From positions 40,300,001 to 40,364,000 of the forward strand of contig CM022670.1 in the NCBI GenBank assembly GCA_012295275.1: a stretch of DNA of 64,000 nucleotides. The letters are read 5' to 3'. Of the stretch, positions 12,751-25,500 are shown one piece after another; within the stretch, counting starts at the first letter, position 1; each line of letters opens with the position of its first letter. This DNA comes from Chrysomallon squamiferum (lineage: Eukaryota > Animalia > Mollusca). The position numbers and the translations under genes are program-made. The notes under the pieces are model-generated. The model saw only the letters and a list, made by a program, of their open reading frames with translations, was not told where the DNA came from and did no database searches.

Positions 12751-15135
12751 GTCAGGCGGTCATGACCGGTCATCTCGGATAGACTTTAAAACAGTATATG
12801 TATTACATGTAGTAACAAAAATATTTTAAAATTTTTGTTTAACTTCGTCTGTGTTTTACGCTATTGTTGTAGCCTCGGAGTATTAATATCGTGAAATCAA
12901 CAGTGTAAAAGAAAACAGCTATTTATTAACAGTGCTTTTAAACAATCACTGAATACAAAAGGTAGTCTGAAAACCCCCCTCCAAAAAACCCAAAAAAACC
13001 CGTGGAAGGGAAACAACCGCGGAAACGAAAATTAAATTTCCAGGAACGAGGCTTACAATTTCCCTGATAGGATTTTCCGAAAATCGTAGTAAATAAATAC
13101 AGAGTCATTTTCGCATATAGAAATTTCTATTTTTGCAACGGTTTGAAATTTTGAAAGAAGTATTCTCGAGAATTCCTATTTTCCACTGCTTTTGAAACTG
13201 CACGAAAACAAGGTAGCAGTACCATTAAAAGCAGTTTGCATAGAAATGGATGTTATGTCTGAACCGCATTATTATTTCTAAATAAATAAATATTTAAAAA
13301 GTGACATCAGTGAGTATATAGTGGTAACTGGTGCCCGGAATAAAAATATGTATATATTTTAACTAATTTAAATAGTGTTCTTAATTATAGTCAGTTTTCT
13401 CTTAATGAATGCGAACAAATATATATATATATATATCGATGTTTTATATGTAAAGCAGATATAATATTCGAGATAATGAGTTTCAATATACATACATATA
13501 TTTCTGTAATTTTAACACTGGTCGAAATGGTGTTCCTTAGCGTTTTGTGTTTTGTTTCAATTTACCATGAAATTAAATGCATTCGTAGAACTATATTTCT
13601 TTCTTTTCTACTAGAGGTGAATATCCTGACCCTGCAACAATGACTAGCTGCTCAACACCTAGTTAACTTTCTATACCATTCTCAGTAACGTTTATGGTCG
13701 ATGACCACTAGTGCACTGATCCCGCTTATTAAGAACGATAACTCTAAATGCCTAATTGCTGGTTATAACGGAGGCGCAAATGCTTTATTACTTACGATTT
13801 CGTCTCAGACATTTTAAAATATATTTATATGAAAAATAAAAGATAGTTCACTCTCAGAAGGAATCTGGCTAACAATTTGAGATATGAAGATCAAAGGTTG
13901 ACACACCCACACCACGGTTTATCTGTTATTGTTCGCAGAAAGGTTGCTTCCGGCGTTTTGCTAACAAATCGAAATACGTTACTAATGAATGGCTTGGCTA
14001 TCCTTAGACTGCCGTCATTATATAATTTTAATATGTTCAGGGTATTTGCGGGGTCGTAGTGGTGGGTGTATGGTCAAATAGTTTACATTGTGCTATTTCA
14101 TCAAACAGAAATAATAATAATTAATGCCACTCTACTCCGATGTTTGAAACTGAATTAATTTGGCTAAAGCCGATACGGTCAGTTTTATTTAGGTATTTTC
14201 CTTTAGTCGGCATTTTATAACGAACTTCTGTGGTTAACCCTGGTGTTGTAATCTTAAAACATTATGGAAAACAACAACAACGAACAGAAAAACATTTTAT
14301 TATCTTTACATAGCATCTACAGTTTAATGCCTTATTCAATGGTACAAAGACAATAATAATTTTCACTTATTATTTGTTATAATTACACTCTCTAATTAAC
14401 GTTTTCATCTGAATAGTGAAAGTGCTATTTAAATTTACATCTAGAATAATTTCTATTTTATAATTTTTGTTTTAATTTTCAATTATTTGATTTCATTTTA
14501 TTTTAGAATTTTGATTGATTTATTTATTAATTTTATTATTATTATTATTATCATTTATCGAAGCTGTGGTTGTAATTTGATTTATTTGTAATAATTCGGG
14601 AATTAGAATACAAATGGTCAGGTCGAGGTCAGAAGAGTTATTAAACGAAGGCTAGAACAAGAAATAAAGGTTACTGCATCGAAATGAAAAAACAAAAACG
14701 AAAAGAACGAAAGAAAGAAAAAAAGAAAAAAAAAAAAAAAAAAAAAAAAAGAAAAAGAGATTACCAATGAGAACCGTGTTTTAACAGAAACCATTTCCCC
14801 TTCTGTATAGACTTTTAAATGATTCGTGTTTGTAAATTATCTCAAACTGAATCCATCCGTGACTCCCAGACAGGCGTTTCCATCGGGTCAGAGGTCAAAT
14901 CGTCCTAGACGAGCAACATTACACCCGTGGCACCAGACGTTCTGCATTACGTACAGGAGATAACAACGCACACAAAGACTGCAGTATCCTGGAAAGAGGG
15001 GTCTGGCGTGTTTCTAGCATCAAAAAAAAAAAAAAAAAAATACCACACCAGCTACTGTGATTAATTAAAATAAGTGATCTGCTTCACATAAACCATTATC
15101 CAGGCCTGTTAGAACTTTTAAGCATAAAATAATAT

Positions 15136-15237
<102 letters not shown>

Positions 15238-16343
15238 GATTCCCCTTTTCTCTGGCTAGCATAGATACCTAGTTATATAACTGTATGCATATATAATATT
15301 CAGTTCCACTGGATCGATATATGGAGACACAGTGAAATGTTGTATTACAATATGTATGACTAAGGTGCGTTGCGATTACTCACGTATCACACCATCGCTT
15401 ATCTAATAACTAAGCTTTTTAGTGCGTTACATTCGACCTGCCTCAAACTGGCACAAAACGTTAAGTACAGATCGTAATTCAAGTCTAAGGACTGATATCT
15501 ACTCTTACAAAGCCGCCTGGGTCCGTCGCATAGAAAGCATTCCGAAGATTTTTCAAATTCCGGAAGTTCCAACATTCCGGAAGTTAAATAGCGATTTTTT
15601 TCGCGCCACTTTTGACTTTTCCGTTCAGTGTATAATGAATAACATAGCTCGGAAATGGACTGCAGGAGTCCTCTTCACGAATAATAGTAATTGTGTGTGC
15701 GATGGTGAATTTGCTTTTGAGAAGGCCTGATGCTCTCCCTTGAAAAATTCGAAATGTAGATACTGGAAAACCGAGTTTATTGGACATTGTAAATAAAAAA
15801 TTTGATTGTGTGCTATTTTTATAAAAAGTTAAGGTCGATGTTAAATAAAATGAAGGTTATTCATCAATGACATACATATCGGATAGGAATTTCAGTTATG
15901 TAGATCTAATATTAATCTACTCGTATAATGACGAAACTGAATAGAAATATTTTTATATATTGTTGTAAAGTAGTAAAATTCTTTGTTAGTGATTACTAGT
16001 GGTTTCATTATTGGGGTCGTATATATTTAGATACAGCACAGGAAATACATATAGAGAGAGAGATTATGTATAATACCTAAAATATTCAGGTTTCATGTAT
16101 AATCTATGGAAATCTTAGATACTAAAACATACAGTTGTAAATAGTGATTATATATATAAAAGGATATAAAACAATAAAAAGATATTATGACAGGATAGTT
16201 GTTTATATACATATATATAAGGTGTCCGCGTTAAAACAAAATTTCTGGATTCTCGCGATATCAGCAATCGCTTTGAAATTTATTTATTTATTTATTTATT
16301 TATCTATTTATTCTTCAATTTCTTATAATAATAATCATAATCA

Positions 16344-16385
<42 letters not shown>

Positions 16386-16654
16386 CGATACCTGTACCAA
16401 AATAATTACTTACATACACATATTATATATGCAAATATCATATATATGCAATACATACATATATATAAGTGCATATAAATTTCATTTAATGTTTTTGAAA
16501 TTTCGGTAAACAAATTTTTAGCGCTTGCACTGTTTTTCACAGAATGGTTGTTTAACGAGGTTTATCACAGTTTTAAACTGAAATATTTTGTAACCATGCC
16601 AACCACATTTGTCTTGTTTACTCTGTTCTTCACGTATTTATGAAAATGAAGTAT

Positions 16655-17030
16655 ATTTAGTGGCAACAGTAATAGTAGTAGAAGTTGCAGCTGTTGTTGT
16701 TGTTCTGCCAGAAGTCGTAATAGTAATATTAATAGTAAATGTATTAGCAGCAGCTGTAGTAGTAGTTGTAGAAGTAGGAGCTGTAGTAGTAGTTGTAGAA
16801 GTAGGAGCTGTAGTAACTGTAGTATTATAAATTAAAGCAGCGACAGCAGTAAAAGAAATAGTGTTAGTATTAGTAGCAGTAATAAATAGTGTTAAAGTAA
16901 CAGAAATAATAGCTGATGCTATTATTGCAGCTTTAGTAGTGCAAATTATTGTAATTATAATATCAACAGCAGGAATGTTGCACCAGTAACGGCAGAATCG
17001 ATAGCAGGAATAATGGCAGCTGCAGAAGTT
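16655..17030. repeat. Degenerate (GTA/GCA)n low-complexity tract
   Basis: Same type as 4060-4790. Source of the Val-rich ORF 16609..16830. Confidence 0.8.
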
Positions 17031-17955
17031 ATTTTTTTAATGATTATTTTTTGACAAAATAAATAAATAAATAAATAAAATAAAAATATTCTAAATATTT
17101 CCAGTATGTTTCAGTCATGCAAAGATATAGTTTATTAGCGTTAGCAGCAAACTGAATTCACACAAAAACTAAATTTTTTACAAATGGAAACCATGGTTTC
17201 CGTAATTTATTGCACTATAAATTTATACTGTTAATAAATACAGATCCGCTATTATTTCTAGAATCCCATTTATAGAGCAGCTATTTGTAGTCAGAATTTA
17301 TTCTTAATCTCTTTTTATTTAAATATAGTTAATTTTCTGTGAGTTTTTGTAAAAAAAAAAAAAAAAAATTGTATTCAGCAAAGAAAATTATTGAAATATG
17401 GGGACTCAGTCTTTGTGCACAATTCGTTCAATACACTTTACGAGCAATATTTTTATTTCTTAAGAGTTATCTTTTTAAAAAAATCTTTTCTGTTTGTTTG
17501 CTTCTGCTCGAACACATCTGACAGAGATATTGAAATGCTATCGAGAGTAACAAACAGCTGGTCCAGTTTTATTTAATGACTTGTGCATTATTTATGTTTG
17601 CTGCAAGAATAAATACAAATATACTGTTAACACGCTAATTAATAATTGTTGTCATAATGATCACGTTGTCTGAAGCTGGAGCTCGTTAAATACATCCGAG
17701 TTTTTTTGTTCACAACACCGCCATTTGTAATTTTCTTCTTATTATTATTATTATTATTAGTTATGGTCTAGTCCATTAATTGCTACAGACACTACTTCTG
17801 CTATTACTACTATTACAATGCCAACTTCTGTATTATTACTACCGTAACTATACTACAACTAGTATTAATACAAGAACAGCTGTGCTATTATTAATACTAA
17901 TAACTACTGTGACTTATTCTAATACGGTTGCTACTACACTCAGACAGATACACAA

Positions 17956-17997
<42 letters not shown>

Positions 17998-18199
17998 TAT
18001 TTAAAATTTTAGATTTCCTGTTGCATACCGATTAACGATACGACAATTGTTTTACTTGTTAAAATTAATTTTATTCATAGGATTATTTATTAAAAATACG
18101 TTTACTTTTCACGAGATAATATTTTATTATGTTTTGAATATTTTTAAATAATCGATTTAATATTACGTATACGATTACCAGAAGTTTTCTCGCATCGTT

Positions 18200-18322
18200 G
18201 TCAGGATGGCCGAGTGGTCTAAGGCGCCAGACTCAAGCATTGTAAATGCTTTACACATTACGTGTGTAACGGAGTGTTCTGGTCCACGAATGTGGGCGTG
18301 GGTTCGAATCCCACTTCTGACA
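18200..18322 (+). tRNA. tRNA-Leu(CAA) with 39-nt intron
   Basis: Exon 1 is 18200-18237 (GTCAGGATGGCCGAGTGGTCTAAGGCGCCAGACTCAAG). The intron is 18238-18276, at the canonical 37/38 position. Exon 2 is 18277-18322 (TTCTGGTC, long variable arm, GTGGGTTCGAATCCCAC, TTCTGACA). A and B boxes are intact. Confidence 0.97.
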
Positions 18323-18331
18323 TACGTGTAA

Positions 18332-18337
18332 TTTTTT
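18332..18337 (+). terminator. Pol III terminator of tRNA-Leu
   Basis: T6 run about 10 nt after the tRNA 3' end. Confidence 0.8.
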
Positions 18338-19803
18338 GTTTGTTTGTTTTTTCTTTTTCTTCTCTCGGATACTTCTTCTTTCCATTTGCAGATATTTTTT
18401 GTTGTATTTTTTTTTTTTTTTTATTATTCTCTTCTCTTCTACTTTCTCATTTAAAAGAGCTGTTTTTTTTTGTCCTATAAACGTATTTATGGAATCCTGT
18501 ATATACTGATTCAGAAAAATAAAAATAAGACAAAAAATCAAGTGCAATCAATGAATTTGTACAGTATATATATTTTATTATTAAGACTTAACAAGAATCA
18601 ACCATGTTTCTGTTTTCATTTGAAATAAATGTTGTTTGCCTTTCATTTATGGTTTGCAGTCATATTTACATTCATTTATACAATAAAACATGCCACAACC
18701 TTCTTAAATCCAGTTTTTAGCTTCAGAATACTGGTTATATTGAGAAAAATAACCTAATGGATGCTCTCATTTGTTTTTTTTACTCACTGATGAAATGAGT
18801 AATTTAGCAAGTCTAATATTTTCATTAATATATAAATATATTTACACATTATTTTATCCCAAATTACAGCTTCAGAATCTGCAGTGTTAAATCAGATTTT
18901 TCACATATATGTAACTTTCAATGTTACGATAAAATAAAAATAGAAATAAATACTAAACACAGGGCATACAAATACAAATTTTAAAAAAGAAAAAAATTCA
19001 AAATAATCTTCTGTATATATTAATCCTGATGTTAGATGAGAAATTAAAAACTGAATTTATGTACATATACAGCCATTAAATCTCATTTTACAACTATTCT
19101 CATGTTTCTTTTCATTATTCTTTGGTTTAATGTCATATAAATAGTTGATGTATTTTTGTAAGCAGAGGTGTTATAACAAAACAAAAAATAGGGATGATAC
19201 TGGGCAAAACCTCTAACAAGTGGTACAATTAAACTGCAACATTATCAACTAATCATTTTTATAACCATACCATCAATTATCACTTTTTTGTTTCTTTCCC
19301 ATTTTACATCTCATATAATTGACATCTCATATAGATACCAACAATTGACCAACGCAAGTTAGATGGTAACTGTGGCAGTATTCAAAAAAGGTTCTGGTTT
19401 TGAAAAAAACTTTCGATAAATTAATGTTGTCAAAATTTAAAACAAACACCTTAATTTTTTTTCCTTTGTTCATTTCTACTCCAAAGACAAAAATATTTTT
19501 GCTTTTTTAAATTTCAGTTACAAATAGTAATTTTTATTATGTTAAACAAAGTATGTAACCTAATGCTGAGTGATGATGGATTTACTAAATACAAGGTGCA
19601 AGTTAACAGAAATACAAAACATAAATTCCATATCAAGAATCCATGATACTAAATTAAGGATATGAAAAAATGTATTTTGCTTGGACTGTTTTTCAGTAAT
19701 ACTGTGAAAGATTTCTAAATACCTCTCATTTTTAAAACAGGAAGAAAAAAGAACAAAACGAGTATGGAAAGAAGACTGTTTATTGTCAGCTGTTTGTTAC
19801 AGT

Positions 19804-21422
19804 CTATGCATCAGCAATAGTCACTTCCACCTCTACGCCAGGTTCAATACTGATGGATGTCTATGTGTGTTAAGGAATATTTCTTTTATAATTCTAAATA
19901 TCAGTTTATAAGCAACACACAATTCTACAGAGTTCCGAAATACAATTATATCTATTTGATACTATACTTACAAATTAACAAAATGAAGTAGAAGAAATTC
20001 CCCCCATCATCACAGCCAATGGCTATCAACCAAGTTAAATTTATAAATGAATTAAAGATGATTAAAAATTTAACATTAATCATTCATATTATGATATTAT
20101 ACACGTAATTTGTCGTTTTACATTTGCCTTTCACCTAACAAAGCTGAAGAAAATGTGTAAATAAAATAACGTAGTTACAAAGGATACAATCTGCTTCACA
20201 ATTTCCGAAGGACTGTGCAGATCAATAATTCGCTTGTGAATCCTCATCTGGTATCTGCTCCAAGTCTTTGATCCCTCTCCGCAAGGTGTCTTACGAGTTG
20301 TAATACGCAGAATTTTAGTTGGCATGCGTACAGGGCCCTTCACTTTGAGAGACTTTTCCTTGGCCCCTTTAATCAGGTCAGCACACACTAAACCAAAAAC
20401 AATAAAACACTTAAGTTTGTTTTCAGGACTTTTTTTCTTTCAATATTTATAGATTTATTTTTGGCAATGGACTGCAAAATGAATATTAAGTACTCATAAT
20501 TTAGTATTTCAGAATTTTGGCATATAAAACCAATACCTATATAAATGTCTTTCAAAAATAGCCAAAACAATTCTTTTTAAATATTATTAAGTAAAATGTA
20601 ATTACCTTTTTCAAGACTTTTCACATTCTTGCTGGTCAAAGTGATTCTAATTCGATGAATTGGTGCTTCATCTGTGGGAGCTTTGGTATCTTTGAAAGAC
20701 TGAAACAAATAAAATGCTGTTATTAAAATCTTTAAAATATTAACAAATTTATGTTATTATATTAAAACATGCCCAAATGAATCATATCTAACTTTTCATT
20801 TCTCAATCACATCTTACTGATACTTAAGTAGTAACTAAGTAAGGTCATTTAGTGAAAAATGCTGCAGCAAATACAAAGAAAATAGTTTATCTTGATAAAT
20901 GCTATTAACTAATTAATAATAATAATAATCTTAAATCTTCTCTCTTTTTTTTATACATTTTTTGTATACATTCATTTGCATTCAATGTGTAATTACTTCG
21001 ATATCCAAGTAAGAACATTTCTTGTAACTTAGCTGAATACAGTCAATGTTAATTGTTAGGGATCAGTTGTGATTATAATTTATATCAATAATTATTAAAT
21101 ACGGAAGTGGATTTAGCTTTTTAAGAACTCAGGGGAAAAAAAAAAAAAAAAGGCAGACAAATGTCTTAAACTCAGCTTACAAGGAGTAGACCTAAACTGT
21201 AAATTTACCCACATTTTCATGTAAATTAAGATATAATTGTATAAATGAAATAATCCGAATAATCACAACGCAAGACGGGACAATGAATATGAATGAAGTT
21301 TTAGTTTACGAACGAAGTCACTCGACTAAGTAGATGCTGAATATTTGTCAGAAATAAATCATTGTTTGTTCCCAATTTGATACTGATGGCTACTGTCTTC
21401 ATTAGAGTACTGTAATTACCAT
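19804..21422 (-). CDS. RPS20: 40S ribosomal protein S20 (uS10), 117 aa
   Basis: Exons 21422-21420 (ATG only), 20699-20606, 20387-20188, 19860-19804; 354 nt. Protein [83 protein letters not shown] on the - strand at 19779-19784. Confidence 0.97.
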
Positions 21423-21516
21423 TTTTTTTAAAGAAATCTCTGGCCGACTTAATCAAAATTAAATCTTTTGAACAGCGGTGAGCCAGAAACAATCCGTCTC
21501 TCCACGAGGTCAATGT

Positions 21517-21548
21517 AAAAGAGAACGCATGCGTGGAAAAGAAGGAAG
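21517..21548 (-). promoter_or_regulatory. Polypyrimidine TCT/5'TOP start region of RPS20
   Basis: The - strand reads CTTCCTTCTTTTCC...TTCTCTTTT about 100-125 nt upstream of the ATG, typical of ribosomal protein genes. The exact TSS cannot be determined. Confidence 0.6.
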
Positions 21549-22180
21549 TTGTCAATTTCTTTAAACTGAACTCATACCACAGATTTATTTTTTATTTATT
21601 GGATATTAGTTTTATGGAAATTATACGTTGTTATTGCTGTTTTTAATAAATTTAACTATTCCATTTATTTTTGTTTAGAATTGAAAATTGAAACTGCGAC
21701 TTAATTTATTTCCTTGATTACAATGAAATTGATGCAAAATTAACAAGATAGAAAATTACAGCATATTTATAATTTAAATATTGATGTTAAGTTAATATTT
21801 TATATATTTATTTATTTTTATATAGATAATAATTTGAACACAAATTATTTTTTTAAAAAAAAAAAGAAAGCAATAAAAAATTTATAAAAAAGTTTAAAAA
21901 TAACAAGATTCACATTTTTTTTTTAAATAATACAATAAATAAATGTTGAATGTATACTGTACAAATGCGATTCTTTCATGGAAGTAAGCGAGCTGCTGAA
22001 TTAATTGTTAGGCTTGTTTTTGTTATGTAGAAAAGGCAACGCATTTAAAAATTAAACTAGTATAAGGAATTGTGATGTCAGATGAGAACAATCTTGACAA
22101 AATACGTTCAAATTTTGAATATTTTATGGATTTATAAATACTTTTCTTTAGTGAACAAAAAAAAAAAAAAAACTAATAAA

Positions 22181-22226
<46 letters not shown>

Positions 22227-22516
22227 TAATAATCATAATCATAATCATAATCATAATCATAATCATAATCATAATTAATTAATTAATTAATTAATTAATT
22301 AATTAATGGATTATTGTGCCATTATAATTTAAATCTGGATTTAATAACTGTTTAATGATTTAACTATAAGTTTAAATGTGATTCGTAGAAGTTACCATAT
22401 TAACGTCAATTAATAATAAAAACAGGCGACTGAGCAGCTTTATATTATTAGCATGCTTGTCAATTCTTGTGCTAAAAACCGGTTATGACGTAGCTCATCC
22501 ACGTTTTGCTATTAAA

Positions 22517-25500
22517 ATGGCGTCGAAGGTAGGCTGCACTGAATTGAGTTATTTTATATTCTTATTTCGAAATATAAGCTCTGATTTGCATATTTAGAAA
22601 TATGACACTACGTATACAGAATTAAGAATCTTTGCATAACTAAGGGGAAAATTTATTTTAATGACGAATAGCTTCTGTATTTAATTGTTCTAGACTGTCC
22701 TGACTTCCGACATTTTTAGACATCTCCAAACTAGTTTTGACTTTAGTTACTTCAGTTCTGGCTGTTTCACTGACAATAACGTCATGTGAAGTACTTGCTG
22801 TTTATATACAAATTTATTTTCCATATAGGTTAAGCATTTTAATATATTATGAGATCACTGTAAACAAACCCAATAAAGATTTTTGAAAAATGAAATAATA
22901 CTATGAAATATATCTATTATAGTATTAGTTACAAGGACATTCAGTTGATGTCATGTTAGTAAAAACAAATGTGGTGTCCCTTTTATAATCCATAGTGAAA
23001 CGAGTCTCACACAGACAAGTTACTGATATTTTATTTTTAAAATAATACATTATTATGATTATACAGTGTTCATCCTTGTCACTTTTTAAGTTTATGACAT
23101 TAAAGTCTTTTCTCTGCTCAAATCGATTTTCAAGTGATATGTCAAATGCAGAAAAAAATACAATGAACAAACAACATTTTGATGTGTTAACACTTGTGTA
23201 TTTTTTTACATCAGAATATTTGATCATTGGGAGCATGACCAATCGGTTTTGCTAATCATAATATATAGAATAAAACAGTTGTTAGTAAATAAAAATTAAT
23301 AATCAGATTTCGTTTTATGAATTTTTTTTAATTAATTAATGTTATTATTATAAATATAAAATATTTGTTTCAGATGACAACTACAGTTAATATGAAAGCT
23401 AAAAAAAAATAATAATAATAAAATAAAAATAAAACATTTCATAAGCAGTTTCATAACTTTTAATGTTTATTGGTTTCATTTAACAACAAATAAATATACA
23501 TACATGCATACATACACACACACAAACTGTACGTAATCCATTACCATCAGCATTATTTTCATAATCATCATTATGATTATTATTTGTATTTTATAAACAA
23601 TGGTAACCTTGTTTCTTGAACTTTAATTACACTTTATTTATTTATCTAGATGCTGCCCTGTTTTCTGATTTGGATCAGCTTGGTGAAAGTAAATGCTTTC
23701 TATGTTCCTGGTATGGCACCAGTTGAGTTCAAGAAAAATGAAAAAGTTGAAGTGAAGGTTTGTATCTAGAAACAGTAGTCTTGAACTGTACTTGCTTCTT
23801 AAGGGCTATATGAAACACATCAACAGCTTTTTGCTGTTCATTCCAAACTTTATTTTCACATAGATTACAAACACTTGGATTTCTGTCCTCACAAATTTTA
23901 CAGATCATTCGCTCTTATTACACAAATTCTTATAACATTGCAGTTTTCATGTTTGAATTATGTGTTCATTTTGTATTGTTTTGAATTATATGTTCAGTGC
24001 ATGTTGTTTTGAAAGATGGATATAAAACATAATTTTGTAACTGTTTCATGCTTTCTCATGTTGAGAATTTTTTTCTGTTCTTGTTTTTTATTTTATTTTT
24101 ATTTTTTTTTTTTATTTTATTTTATTTTATTTTTTTTTATTTTTTTTTTTTTTTTTTTTAATATTCATATTATTTAATGTAAGTAATAATTAAAAAAAAG
24201 ATTATAATTGTGAAGAATTAATCTTTGTGTCAGTGATGGTATTAATCCAAATGTATGTGAAATCAATCATGTTGAACAGAAGGTAATGATCACGTAATTA
24301 GGATCAAATTTGGAGGTACATTAAACTGTGATACCATGTTTTTAAACTTGCGTACAAGCAGTGTAAACTAAACAAAAATGTTTCAAAGATAAAATATGCC
24401 TGTCTTCAATATATATATATATTATTCTAGTTTTTTGTTATTTTTGTTATTTATTCATTTAGTTATTATTTTGATAAATTAGTATGTTTGTTAATTTTGT
24501 TTTCGTTGTTACAGGCTGTGAAGTTAACTAGCACAAAAACCCAGTTACCATATGAATATTATTCTCTGCCATTCTGTGTACCGAAAGATGGTATTGTATA
24601 CAAGGCAGAAAATTTAGGTAAGTGATGCGTTGAAGATTATATACAGTGTCTTTATTATTCTTTGTTGAAGTAAATAGGCTTTTTTTAACAGTTTTTCTTA
24701 ACCATATTCTGTTCATGATTAAAGCTTTTTTGTACAAAAAAGGACAAGGGTGTTTTATATCTCATTTTTTACCATGGAAAGCATATTATTCATTGGTTCA
24801 GTTATACGAAGTATAAACATTAAATTTTATGTTTCTTGATATTCATTCATAATAATTATATGCTAATAAAATACTTGTTATTGATCTTTGTTTTTATATC
24901 AAACAAACAAACAAACTGAAATGTGAGAAAGTAAATAAAAAATATTTTGTATGCCACATGGTGAATCTTTTGTTAGTTTAAGGATACTTTTAAATAATGT
25001 AATACACAGAGACAGTAATAGACACGGATGTGTGCTTGCATGGAGGTTGGTAAGATGTGATATACTTACTTGTACTGTCACATGTTTACTTTCATTTTTA
25101 TTAACTTTGTCTCATGCAGGTGAAGTTTTGAGAGGTGACAGAATTGTCAATACACCATATGAGGTTAGAATTATTTCCCATTACTTTATGAAATATTGTT
25201 ATTCATAATTATTAATGTGTTATTGTTTTGTAGTCTCATTTGGTCTTGTGTTTCTTATTTACTTTCAGTTGTATGAATGACACTGAAGTTTCATTCTAGA
25301 TAATAAAAATCTATTTAAATTTAATGTTTCTTTTTAAAAAAAAAAATTTTGTTGATTTATTTAATTTTTAATTTATTTATTTGTTCATTTTTGTGAAATG
25401 AATTAATTAAAGTAAAATGTATTCAACACAAAAGCGAAATTCTGTAGTTTAATTGTTTGATTAACAGGTAAACATGGCTGTTGACGTGTCGTGCAAGTCA

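Noticed and set aside
15422-15787. ORFs 15422..15730 (+) and 15584..15787 (-)
   Set aside because: No recognisable domain, no consistent splice partners, and a non-ATG start for the longer one.
19895-20016. Candidate box C/D snoRNA in RPS20 intron 3 (GTGATGA ... CTGA on the - strand); human RPS20 hosts SNORD54
   Set aside because: No terminal stem, no recognisable rRNA-complementary guide (no TATACGCTATT-like U54 guide), and the D box is only ~40 nt from the acceptor. An Infernal/snoscan search would be needed to revive it.
23374-23385. Possible 12-nt micro-exon (ATGACAACTACA) in TM9SF4 intron 1
   Set aside because: The acceptor is good but the donor is poor (CA|GTTAAT), and there is no homology support.
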